Of a stretch of 64,000 bases of DNA, positions 56,462 through 64,000 are shown piece by piece. The notes under the pieces are model-generated. The model was not told the origin of the DNA, did not search any database, and saw only the letters and a program-made list of their open reading frames with translations. Source of the stretch: an uncultured bacterium (GTDB lineage Bacteria > Methylomirabilota > Methylomirabilia > Rokubacteriales > DASRDR01); assembly GCA_964463175.1 (NCBI GenBank), contig CAYXBJ010000178.1:52431-116430 (forward strand), read 5' to 3'. Position numbers and translations under genes: made by a program. Position 1 is the first letter of the stretch; each line of letters opens with the position of its first letter.

Positions 56462-57261
56462 TAGCTTTTCGCCGTCCTCCCGATGACGGTGCGCGCCGGG
56501 TCGATGTGATCCCGGAGGAGCTCGATCTCGCGCGCGCTCGGCGGGGCGAGGCGCTCGATCCGCGCATCCATGCGCGGCTTGGCGCCCATCCCGGCGATGA
56601 CGTCGTCGACGCCCACGCCGTCGAGCACGCCGAGCAGCGTCAGCTCGCGCGTCGACTCGTCGAAGCCGAAGAGGCCTTTCGAGGTCACCACGCGCCAGGG
56701 CCCGGTGCCGGCCGGCAGCCCGGCGCGCTCGCGGGCGTCCGGCGTGCCGTCGAGATAGCCCGGCGAGGTGATGAAGTCCACCCGCGGCACGAACCGCCGA
56801 GGCTCGTGCATCATGACGACGATCGTCCGCCAGCAGCAGGACGCGACCTCGTTGGCCCCGCCCGACCCCGGGAAACGGCGCTTGGGATGCCGCCAGTCGT
56901 CCCCGAGCATGGTCGAGTTGATGTTGCCGTAGAGATCGATCTGCGTCGCCCCCAGGACCCCGTAATCGATGAGCCCCAGCTGCGACATGGCGAAGACCGT
57001 GTTCATGTTCGTCCAGGCGATGGAGCGGTAGCAGTTGGTCGGACCGCCCATCGTGTTCCGGACGAACGGGGTCAGCGGGGTGGGGCCGATCGCCCCGAAC
57101 TCGAACACCTGGACCAGGTGGGGCGCGTGCATTCGCTGGGCGAGCACCGCCGCGAACTGGGGCATCCCGAAGCCGATGAACGCGGTCTTCTGGTCCTCGA
57201 GCAGTCGCGCGCACTGCGCGATCATGAACTCGGCCTCGGTGAAGTCCCGGGGCTCGGTCAC
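56461..57261 (-). CDS. CoA-transferase subunit B (3-oxoacid/glutaconate CoA-transferase family I, beta subunit)
   Basis: ...IGFGMPQ..., ...GGANEVA...; GTG start overlapping the subunit A stop (GTGA). Confidence 0.7.
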   Translation of the reverse strand: MTEPRDFTEAEFMIAQCARLLEDQKTAFIGFGMPQFAAVLAQRMHAPHLVQVFEFGAIGPTPLTPFVRNTMGGPTNCYRSIAWTNMNTVFAMSQLGLIDYGVLGATQIDLYGNINSTMLGDDWRHPKRRFPGSGGANEVASCCWRTIVVMMHEPRRFVPRVDFITSPGYLDGTPDARERAGLPAGTGPWRVVTSKGLFGFDESTRELTLLGVLDGVGVDDVIAGMGAKPRMDARIERLAPPSAREIELLRDHIDPARTVIGRTAKS

Positions 57262-58238
57262 GGGCCGTACCCCTCGCGGATCGTGGCGCGACGCCGGAGG
57301 GCTTTCAGGCGCCGGAAGCCGACGCGCGTGTCGAGCATGTCCTCGTCGCTGTCGACGGAGTAGATGTACTTCTCCAGGTACTCGCCGAGGCGGCCGAGGC
57401 GCTCGAGGTTGTAGTACTCGGCGAAATGCTCGAAGTCGATCTCGTAGGCGCCGGGGAGCCCGCCGGGATACGCTCCGAACGGGGCGTGGACGACCGCGTC
57501 GACGAGGAAGTACGGGATGGTGGTCAGCCCGGGCGCCTTCCGGATCTCTTCGTGCTCGATGATCTCGTCGGCGGACACGATCACCTTGCGGGCCGACATG
57601 GCCGTCTCGAGCGGCTGGACCGCGGGCCCGAAGCAGCGCGCGTTGCCGTAGATGTCGGCCTGGTGCACGTGGACGAGCCCGACGTCCGGATTCAGCGCGG
57701 GCACGAGGGCGATCGGCTTCCCCGTGAACGGATCGCGGATCACCTTGGCGCCCGAGTAGCGGAGCGTGTCGGATCCGAGCAGCGCCCGGGTCGGCAGGAA
57801 CGGAACGCCCATGGCGCCCGCCTGCTGGCGAAGGGTGAGGGTGCCATTCGTCCACTCGGACACCGTGACGTCGCCCCGCTCGACCGCCCGGTTGAGGGTC
57901 TCGCCCAGGCCCATGAACCCGACATCGATCTTCGCGCACGCCCCCGCCGCCACGAGCAGCGTCGATTCCATCAGGGTGAACTTCGCGCAGTACCAAAGAT
58001 CCCGCCGCCGCTGCCGGATGATCTCCCGGACGAGGACGAGAGGGCCCCGGGTGAAGGAGGAGAAGTCGAATGAGACGTAATCCCCGTCGGCGACGAGACG
58101 GCCGACCGCGTCGGCGGCGGTCGTCGTCTTGTCGACCAGATCGCGCCGCTTCCGGTCACGCATCCAGGCCCGGAGGGTATCCGGGTCATGGAGCCGGTAT
58201 TCACCCTCGCCGGTGGCGAGAAGCTCCGCCTCTGGCAT
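57258..58238 (-). CDS. CoA-transferase subunit A (family I, alpha subunit)
   Basis: ...KVIVSADEII... region and size (326 aa) consistent with the GctA/ScoA-type alpha subunit. Confidence 0.7.
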   Translation of the reverse strand: MPEAELLATGEGEYRLHDPDTLRAWMRDRKRRDLVDKTTTAADAVGRLVADGDYVSFDFSSFTRGPLVLVREIIRQRRRDLWYCAKFTLMESTLLVAAGACAKIDVGFMGLGETLNRAVERGDVTVSEWTNGTLTLRQQAGAMGVPFLPTRALLGSDTLRYSGAKVIRDPFTGKPIALVPALNPDVGLVHVHQADIYGNARCFGPAVQPLETAMSARKVIVSADEIIEHEEIRKAPGLTTIPYFLVDAVVHAPFGAYPGGLPGAYEIDFEHFAEYYNLERLGRLGEYLEKYIYSVDSDEDMLDTRVGFRRLKALRRRATIREGYGP

Positions 58239-58480
58239 TCGTCAGCCTCGAAGCCGTCATGCGCCGGGGCTATGGGCGGGTCTACCCGTCGGTAGGCACC
58301 GACGCCCGAAGTGATCCCGAAAAGGTACGCGGAGTGTAGCGAACCGGTGAAGCGGCTGTCAAGAAGGACGCGGACTTACGTGACACAATGTCCTGAGTGA
58401 GACTGGCGACGCGCCCGCCTCTCGGGCCTGCGTGCCTGTCCGCGACGACGCCCCAACCATTCGACTGCGGAGGGACGATC

Positions 58481-59581
58481 ATGCCACCCTCGGGAGCCTC
58501 CGACCCCGCCGCGCGGCGGGACGCGCTCGCCAGCCGGCTCCTGGAGGCCACGCTCGGCCTCATGGAAGTGGGAGCGGTCCACCTCGGGGACCGGCTGGGC
58601 TTCTACCGGGCGCTCGCGCGCTCGGCCGGGATGACGTCTTCGCAGCTGGCAGCCGAGACGGCGACCCATGAGCGCTACGCGCGGGAGTGGCTCGAGCAGC
58701 AGGCGGTGAGCGGCGTCCTCGAGGTGGACGACCCCGGTCGCCCGGCCAGGGCTCGGCGATATTCCCTTCCCGCCGGCCACGCCGAGGTTCTGGCGGATCC
58801 CGACAGCCTCGCCACGATGCTGCCCTTCGCGCAGTTCGGGGTTGGCGTGATCCGGGTCATGCCCGCGCTGCTGGAGGCGTTCCGGACAGGTGGCGGGGTC
58901 TCGTGGGCCGCGTTCGGCGCGGACCTTCGCGAAGCGCAGGCGGCGCAGAACCGACCGGCGTTCCTCCGGCTCCTCGGTCAGGAATGGCTCCCCGCGATAC
59001 CGGATCTCCATGCCCGCCTTCAGGCCGATCCTGCCGCGCGGGTGGCCGACGTGGCATGCGGCGCCGGGTGGGCCGCCATCGGGATCGCACGCGCGTATCC
59101 CAACGCGCGCGTCGACGGTCTCGACCTCGATGGTCCCTCGATCGAGCTGGCGCGGGCCAACGTCGCCGAGGCCGGCCTCGGTGATCGCGTGACCATGATC
59201 GTTCGCGACGCCGCCGACCCGGCACTGGCGGGGCGATACGACCTGGTGACGATCTTCGAAGCCCTCCACGATCTGTCGCAACCGGTCGAGGTCCTCCGCG
59301 CGTGTCGCCAGCTGCTGGCGCCGGGCGGCTCGGTCCTCGTCGTCGACGAGCGGGTGGCCGACACGTTTGTGGCCCCGGGCGACCAGGTCGAGCGGCTGAT
59401 GTACGGTTTCAGCATCCTGTGCTGCCTTCCGGCGGGGATGGCCGACCAGCCCTCGGCCGCGACTGGCACCGTCATGCGAGCGGACACGCTGCGCCGTTAC
59501 GCCGCGGAGGCGGGGTTCCGGGACACCGAGGTGGCGCCGATCGCGAGCGACTTCTTTCGGTTCTACCGCTTGCGTCCGTAG
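58481..59581 (+). CDS. SAM-dependent methyltransferase (class I; O-methyltransferase-like with N-terminal dimerisation/winged-helix region)
   Basis: ATG 58481 is preceded by a GGAGGGA Shine-Dalgarno. VADVACGAGWAA glycine motif, DLVTIFEALHD. The track ORF begins 28 codons upstream. Confidence 0.75.
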   Translation: MPPSGASDPAARRDALASRLLEATLGLMEVGAVHLGDRLGFYRALARSAGMTSSQLAAETATHERYAREWLEQQAVSGVLEVDDPGRPARARRYSLPAGHAEVLADPDSLATMLPFAQFGVGVIRVMPALLEAFRTGGGVSWAAFGADLREAQAAQNRPAFLRLLGQEWLPAIPDLHARLQADPAARVADVACGAGWAAIGIARAYPNARVDGLDLDGPSIELARANVAEAGLGDRVTMIVRDAADPALAGRYDLVTIFEALHDLSQPVEVLRACRQLLAPGGSVLVVDERVADTFVAPGDQVERLMYGFSILCCLPAGMADQPSAATGTVMRADTLRRYAAEAGFRDTEVAPIASDFFRFYRLRP

Positions 59582-59635
59582 GCGCCGGACCGCGGCCGCC
59601 CGCCGTCGCCCGCCGCCGTGGTCGACGGCAGCCCG

Positions 59636-61036
59636 TCACCGTCCCAGCGCGGCGAGCATCTCCTCCACGCGAGTGAACTTCACCCGCGGGCGCCCGGCGG
59701 CCCGACCGCGCTCGACTTCGAGCGCGTCGAGCCGGAGCCAGTCGGTCCACGACACGCTGTGCGGCTGGCGCTGCTGGACGAGCGCGAGGGCGGCGCCGGA
59801 CTCCGGCTCGGAGGGCGCGAGCTGCCGATCCTGGCCGACGTCCTCGACCATGCACGCGACAGTCTCGGCGGCGTCGGGCTTGTTGGTGCCGATCACGCCC
59901 GTCGGGCCGCGCTTGATCCATCCGGCCACGTACTCCCCCGCCCGCGGCTCGCGGGTGTCCAGCTCGAGCACGCGCCCCTTGTCGTTCAAGATCACGCCCC
60001 AGGCGTCGTTGAACGGCACTCCGGGGATCGGCACGCCGCGATACCCGACGGAGCGGAAGACCAGACCCGCGGGCAGGTTCTCGAACCGATCGGTGGGACG
60101 GGCCTGCAGCGTCCCGGCCGCCGTCGCCTGGAGCTCGTTCTTCACGAGACGCATGCCGACCACGGCGCCGTTGTCGTCGCCCTGGAGGGCGACCGGGGAC
60201 ACCAGGAAGCGAATGACCAGCTGGCGGGGCTTGCCGCCCGCCGGGCGCCGCGCGAACTCGCGCAAGATCTCCACCTTCTTGAGCGTGCCGCGGTCGCCGC
60301 TTCGCTCGAGCTCGGCCCGGGTGAGCGGGTCCGGCTCCGTCTCGTCCGGCCGCGCGATCACGTCGGCGCCCGGCAGCTCGCCGAGCTCGCGGATCTCGGG
60401 ATTGGTGAAGCTCGCCTGCGCCGGTCCCCGTCGGCCGAGGAGATGCACCTCGCGCACGCGGCTGTCTCGGAGCGCGGCCAGCGCCCGGTCGCTGATGTCG
60501 GTCGTGGCCAGCTCCTCGGGAGTACGGCAGAGGATGCGCACCACGTCCACCGCGACGTTGCCGACCCCGACCACCGCCACGTGCTCCTGCGACAGATCGA
60601 AGCGGTGGTCCTGGTAGTCGGGGTGCCCGTTGTACCAGGCCACGAAGTCGGTCGCCGGATGGCTGCGCTGGAGGTCCTCGCCGGGGATGCCCATGTGGCG
60701 ATCGGTCTGGGCGCCCGTGGTGTAGACGATCTGATGATAGTGCGACCGGAGATCCTCGATCGTCACGTCCTTGCCCAGCTCGACGTGGCCGAAGAAGCGG
60801 AACCCCGGGTGGGCCGCCGTCTTGTCGAAGGTGGCCGTGACGGTCTTGATCTTCTGGTGGTCCGGAGCGACGCCGAACCGGACCAGCCCGTAGGGCGTCG
60901 GCAGCCGGTCATAGAGGTCGACCTCGACCGAGAGGCCCGGCTGCCGGAAGAGATGCTCGGCCGTGTAGAAGCCGGCCGGGCCGGCGCCGATCACGGCGAC
61001 CCGCAGCGGGTGCCCTTCCGTGCCGGGACGCGTCAC
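59636..61036 (-). CDS. FAD-dependent NADPH:ferredoxin/adrenodoxin oxidoreductase (FprA-like)
   Basis: VAVIGAGPAGFY FAD-binding GxGxxG and a second VAVVGVGNVAVD NADP motif; 466 aa. Confidence 0.8.
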   Translation of the reverse strand: MTRPGTEGHPLRVAVIGAGPAGFYTAEHLFRQPGLSVEVDLYDRLPTPYGLVRFGVAPDHQKIKTVTATFDKTAAHPGFRFFGHVELGKDVTIEDLRSHYHQIVYTTGAQTDRHMGIPGEDLQRSHPATDFVAWYNGHPDYQDHRFDLSQEHVAVVGVGNVAVDVVRILCRTPEELATTDISDRALAALRDSRVREVHLLGRRGPAQASFTNPEIRELGELPGADVIARPDETEPDPLTRAELERSGDRGTLKKVEILREFARRPAGGKPRQLVIRFLVSPVALQGDDNGAVVGMRLVKNELQATAAGTLQARPTDRFENLPAGLVFRSVGYRGVPIPGVPFNDAWGVILNDKGRVLELDTREPRAGEYVAGWIKRGPTGVIGTNKPDAAETVACMVEDVGQDRQLAPSEPESGAALALVQQRQPHSVSWTDWLRLDALEVERGRAAGRPRVKFTRVEEMLAALGR

Positions 61037-61100
61037 GGATCAGGGCTCGACGCCCGCGCGGCGCCGCGGGGCGCCGCGCGCTGGCCGGCTCGACGGAGCG

Positions 61101-61532
61101 TCAAGGCCGCATCCCGACCTGCATCTGCAGCGTGTCCACCTCGCCGAGGTACTGGTCGAGCTCGGCCTTCACGACGTCGCCGATCGAGACGATGCCGATC
61201 AGACGGCCCTCCACGACGACGGGGACGTGCCGGATGCGGCGCTCGGTCATCGTGTGGCGCACCGCCCGGAGGTCGTCGTCGGGCACGCCCACGATCACGT
61301 CCCGCGTCATGATCTCGCCCGCGCTCCGTCCGAAGAGCCGCTCGTCGCGCGTGGCCTCGCGGACGATGTCGCGCTCGGACAGCATGCCGACGGGCGCTCC
61401 GGCCGCATCCACGACGACCAGCGCCCCGATGTTGTGCTCCGCAAGGAGCCGCAGCGCCTGCCGGATCGACTGGTCCGGACGGCACGTCGTGACCTTGCCA
61501 CCCTTCCGCGCCAAGATGCTCGCGATGTTCAT
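61101..61532 (-). CDS. CBS-domain pair protein
   Basis: Two CBS motifs (...DQSIRQALRLLAEHNIGALVVVD..., ...RAVRHTMTERRIRHVPVVVEGRLIGIVSIGDVVKA); 143 aa. The track ORF is extended 5' by ~220 non-credible codons. Confidence 0.75.
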   Translation of the reverse strand: MNIASILARKGGKVTTCRPDQSIRQALRLLAEHNIGALVVVDAAGAPVGMLSERDIVREATRDERLFGRSAGEIMTRDVIVGVPDDDLRAVRHTMTERRIRHVPVVVEGRLIGIVSIGDVVKAELDQYLGEVDTLQMQVGMRP

Positions 61533-61744
61533 GTCACTCCACCGCCTTTGCCCGCTCACGCAGGCTCTCCTTCCGGAGTTTCCCGGTCGAGGTCCTCGGC
61601 AGCGGTCCGAACCTGACGGCGCCGGACATGCTGACCGGCGCGCCCCCCCTCGCGCGCCCGGCCCGAACGTCACAGGCGTGATGGCCAGCGCCTCCGACGT
61701 CGGGGCGACGGAGACGCAGGGCGTCTGATGGTTGACGGCCGAAC

Positions 61745-62542
61745 TCATGCGCCTCGCGCCGCAGCTGGCGGCGGGTAGAAGCGCGCCTCCCGCCGCTCGT
61801 CCCAGGCCCGGTTGGCTTCCTCGAGCTCCCAGGCGCGCATGCACTCCATCTGCGCGGCGACGACCTCGTCGATCATCCCGCGGGGATCCTCGTGAAGGGA
61901 GGCGAGGAGGAGTCGCTTCGTGTGACGCGTGGCGGTCGGCGCGGCCCCGAGACACTTCTCCACGACACGCCGGAGCTCGTCGTCGAACGCCGCGACCGGA
62001 GCCACCCAGTTCACCAGGCCCATCTGCAGACCCTGCTCGGGCGTCAGGTGGTCGTTCAGGAGAGCGAGCTCCTTGGCCCGTCCGAGCCCGACGACGCGGG
62101 CCAGCCGCAGAACGGCGCCGTCCGGAATCAGCCCGTGCCGGGTCGCGCCGAGGCCCAGCACCGCGTCGGCCGCGCAGAGCCGCAGGTCGCACGCGAGAGC
62201 GAGCTGGAGCCCGCCGCCGAGGCAGTAGCCGCGGATCGCCGCGACGACCAGCTTTCCCATGTCCTCGAGACCGTTGAGCGCGCGAATCCAGTCACGGAAG
62301 AACGGCTCGCCGACGGCGCCGGCCGACAGCGCGGTCCGGTCCATCCCGGAGGAAAACGCGCGCCCCTCGCCCGTCACCACGACCACCCAGGCGCCCGGGT
62401 CCTCCTCCGCGGTGGCGACGGCCGCGGCGAGCTCGCTTGCCAGCGGTCCGTCGAGGGCGTTCAGCACCTGGGGCCGGGTGAGGGTGATCCATCCCACCCC
62501 GTCCACGGACTCGTACCGGACGCGCGCGCCGCCGAGCTTCAC
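61745..62542 (-). CDS. Enoyl-CoA hydratase/isomerase (crotonase superfamily)
   Basis: VVVVTGEGRAFSSGMD, AAIRGYCLGGGLQLALACDLRL oxyanion-hole motifs. Confidence 0.8.
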   Translation of the reverse strand: MKLGGARVRYESVDGVGWITLTRPQVLNALDGPLASELAAAVATAEEDPGAWVVVVTGEGRAFSSGMDRTALSAGAVGEPFFRDWIRALNGLEDMGKLVVAAIRGYCLGGGLQLALACDLRLCAADAVLGLGATRHGLIPDGAVLRLARVVGLGRAKELALLNDHLTPEQGLQMGLVNWVAPVAAFDDELRRVVEKCLGAAPTATRHTKRLLLASLHEDPRGMIDEVVAAQMECMRAWELEEANRAWDERREARFYPPPAAARGA

Positions 62543-62641
62543 CGCGCCTACCCTAGCATGGCCCGCTGGCGCGGTTCCGTAGGCCGGCCCGGCGTGACAA
62601 GCGGCGAGCGACGCGGCCCGCCCGGCCGGGTGACGACGGAT

Positions 62642-63367
62642 CTAGGTGGCGCGAGGTCCGAGGACGAGGCGATCGTGAAGGGCCGTGAGGATCTCGTCGA
62701 TCGCCGCAGACGCCCAGATGCGGAAGAACGGGGAGGCCTGAAGCGCGCCGAACTCCTGATCCACGCGCGCCTTGGTCGCCTCCGGCGTCTCGCCCGCGCG
62801 TGGCACCCGGATGTGGCCGTAGACCAGTCGGTCTTTGTCGTAGATCCTCGGGTACTCGATGTAGTGGTACAGGTGTCGGAGATCGGCGGTATAGAAGACG
62901 ACGACCGGAATCGATTGCCACGTCTGCCCCCTCTTCTCGTTCAGGAACTCCGCCATGAGGTCGGCGTTGCTGTCGGGGGCTTCGACCAGGCTGGGCCGGT
63001 GGCTCTGGCTGAATCGCTCCCCGTCGCGGCGGAAGATCCGGAGCTCGAGCCCGCCAGCCTCGGCGAGCCGCTTCAGCATGGGGATGTCGCGCCGGCAGTC
63101 GGACGACCATTCCTCCGCGAGGACGAGGATCTTCCGCGGGCCGCCGGGCTGCGCGACGAGCCACCGGATGGCGGCGTTCTGGGCGTCGGACAGACGGAGC
63201 GAGTGGTACCAGCTGCGCATCCACCCGCTCCAGTCCCGGCGCGCATCGCCGGCGGGCGAGCCCTGGCGCCGCAGATTCTCGGGCGTGGCGATGTAGTGCA
63301 GATACTGATCGAAGGTCATGCCGGAGGCGTAGCGCTCCGGGGTGACCACGCTCGTCGTCCGGTCCAT
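62642..63367 (-). CDS. Thioredoxin-like-fold protein, single Cys (function unknown)
   Basis: ILVLAEEWSSDCRRDIP... resembles a thioredoxin-fold protein but has no CxxC. Start taken at MDRTTSVV, 14 nt from the upstream stop. Confidence 0.4.
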   Translation of the reverse strand: MDRTTSVVTPERYASGMTFDQYLHYIATPENLRRQGSPAGDARRDWSGWMRSWYHSLRLSDAQNAAIRWLVAQPGGPRKILVLAEEWSSDCRRDIPMLKRLAEAGGLELRIFRRDGERFSQSHRPSLVEAPDSNADLMAEFLNEKRGQTWQSIPVVVFYTADLRHLYHYIEYPRIYDKDRLVYGHIRVPRAGETPEATKARVDQEFGALQASPFFRIWASAAIDEILTALHDRLVLGPRAT

Positions 63368-63380
63368 CGAGCCTCCCGGG

Positions 63381-64000
63381 CTAGCCGGCCTCGAGGAGCG
63401 CGCGCGCGATGACCATGCGCTGCACCTCGGAGGTCCCCTCGCCGATCTCGCAGAGCTTGGCATCGCGGTAGAAGCGCTCCACCGGGAACTCCCGTGTGTA
63501 GCCGTACCCGCCGTGGACCTGCACCGCCTTGGACGCGCACCGCACCGCGACCTCGGAGGCGAACACCTTCGCCATCGACGCCTCCCGCATGACCGGGCGG
63601 CCCTGATCCTTCCCGTACGCGGCGCGGAGCGTCAGGAGCCGCGCCGCCTCGGTCTCGGTGGCGAGGTCCGCCAGCATCGCCCGGATCGCCTGGAATTGCC
63701 CGATGGGCTGCCCGAACGCCTGGCGCTCGCGCACGTACCGCACCGCGAGGTCGAGCGCGCCCTGGGCGAGCCCCACCGACATGGCCGCCATGGCGATCCG
63801 GCCGCCTTCCAGCACCTTCTTGGTGTCCTGGAAGCCCCGATTCCGCTCGCCCAGGAGGTTCTCCTTCGGCACGCGCACCGCCTCGAGGACGAGCTCCGCC
63901 GTGTCGGACGCGTGGAGCCCAAGCTTCTTGTAGCGCTGGCCGGCCCGGAACCCTGACATCCCCCGCTCGAGGATGAACGCCGACACGCCGCGTCCGCCCG
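63381..64000 (-). CDS. Acyl-CoA dehydrogenase, C-terminal part (5' end beyond window)
   Basis: ...[26 protein letters not shown]..., [26 protein letters not shown]: ACAD C-terminal helical domain with catalytic-Glu region. Confidence 0.8.
   Translation of the reverse strand, partial: GGRGVSAFILERGMSGFRAGQRYKKLGLHASDTAELVLEAVRVPKENLLGERNRGFQDTKKVLEGGRIAMAAMSVGLAQGALDLAVRYVRERQAFGQPIGQFQAIRAMLADLATETEAARLLTLRAAYGKDQGRPVMREASMAKVFASEVAVRCASKAVQVHGGYGYTREFPVERFYRDAKLCEIGEGTSEVQRMVIARALLEAG

Noticed and set aside
61765-61797. GCGGCGGG-N13-CCCGCCGC hairpin that looked like a terminator
   Set aside because: It lies inside the 3' end of the crotonase coding sequence (61745-62542), not in a spacer.

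Overview
This is a 64-kb, high-GC (~68-72%) bacterial window with no rRNA, tRNA, CRISPR or IS elements. About 90% of genes are on the minus strand in long, tightly packed arrays; many use ATGA/GTGA start-stop overlaps. Three functional blocks are visible.

(1) Positions ~450-35,650: a Wzx/Wzy-type polysaccharide (EPS/CPS-like) biosynthesis and export locus.
- Nucleotide-sugar enzymes: UDP-sugar 6-dehydrogenase, UDP-uronate 4-epimerase, HAD phosphatase, DegT aminotransferase, polysaccharide deacetylase and three methyltransferases.
- Assembly: a priming polyprenyl-phosphate sugar transferase, six GT4 glycosyltransferases, a Wzx flippase and two Wzy-like membrane proteins. One of the latter is a Wzy_C-TPR fusion.
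- Export: a split Wzc (PCP plus a separate BY-kinase), two tandem OPX/Wza paralogs that lack a C-terminal outer-membrane helix, and an adjacent outer-membrane beta-barrel.
- Regulation: a near-consensus sigma-54 promoter divergent from an NtrC-like activator gene, a receiver-only response regulator, a distant GAF histidine kinase and an LMW protein-tyrosine phosphatase.

(2) Positions ~35,800-42,700: an unusual operon with two active KAS-II-like ketosynthases, two Cys-less KS-like proteins, an ACP and a MacB/LolCDE-type ABC exporter. The tyrosine phosphatase gene is co-oriented directly downstream, 150 bp from the ABC ATPase. No AT, KR, DH, ER or TE genes are present.

(3) Positions ~43,000-64,000: two Liv/HAAT-family ABC uptake systems, interleaved with a PaaK-like ligase, a long-chain acyl-CoA synthetase and a two-subunit CoA-transferase. 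One permease gene in the second system is frameshifted. Beyond these lie a SAM methyltransferase, an FprA-like reductase, a CBS protein, a crotonase, a thioredoxin-like protein and a 5'-truncated acyl-CoA dehydrogenase.

The six-frame track lists many long ORFs antisense to or out of frame with these genes; I treat them as GC-driven artefacts.

Coordinates come from arithmetic on the ORF track; internal start sites are uncertain by a few codons. All family assignments rest on motif recognition by eye; no database search was run.
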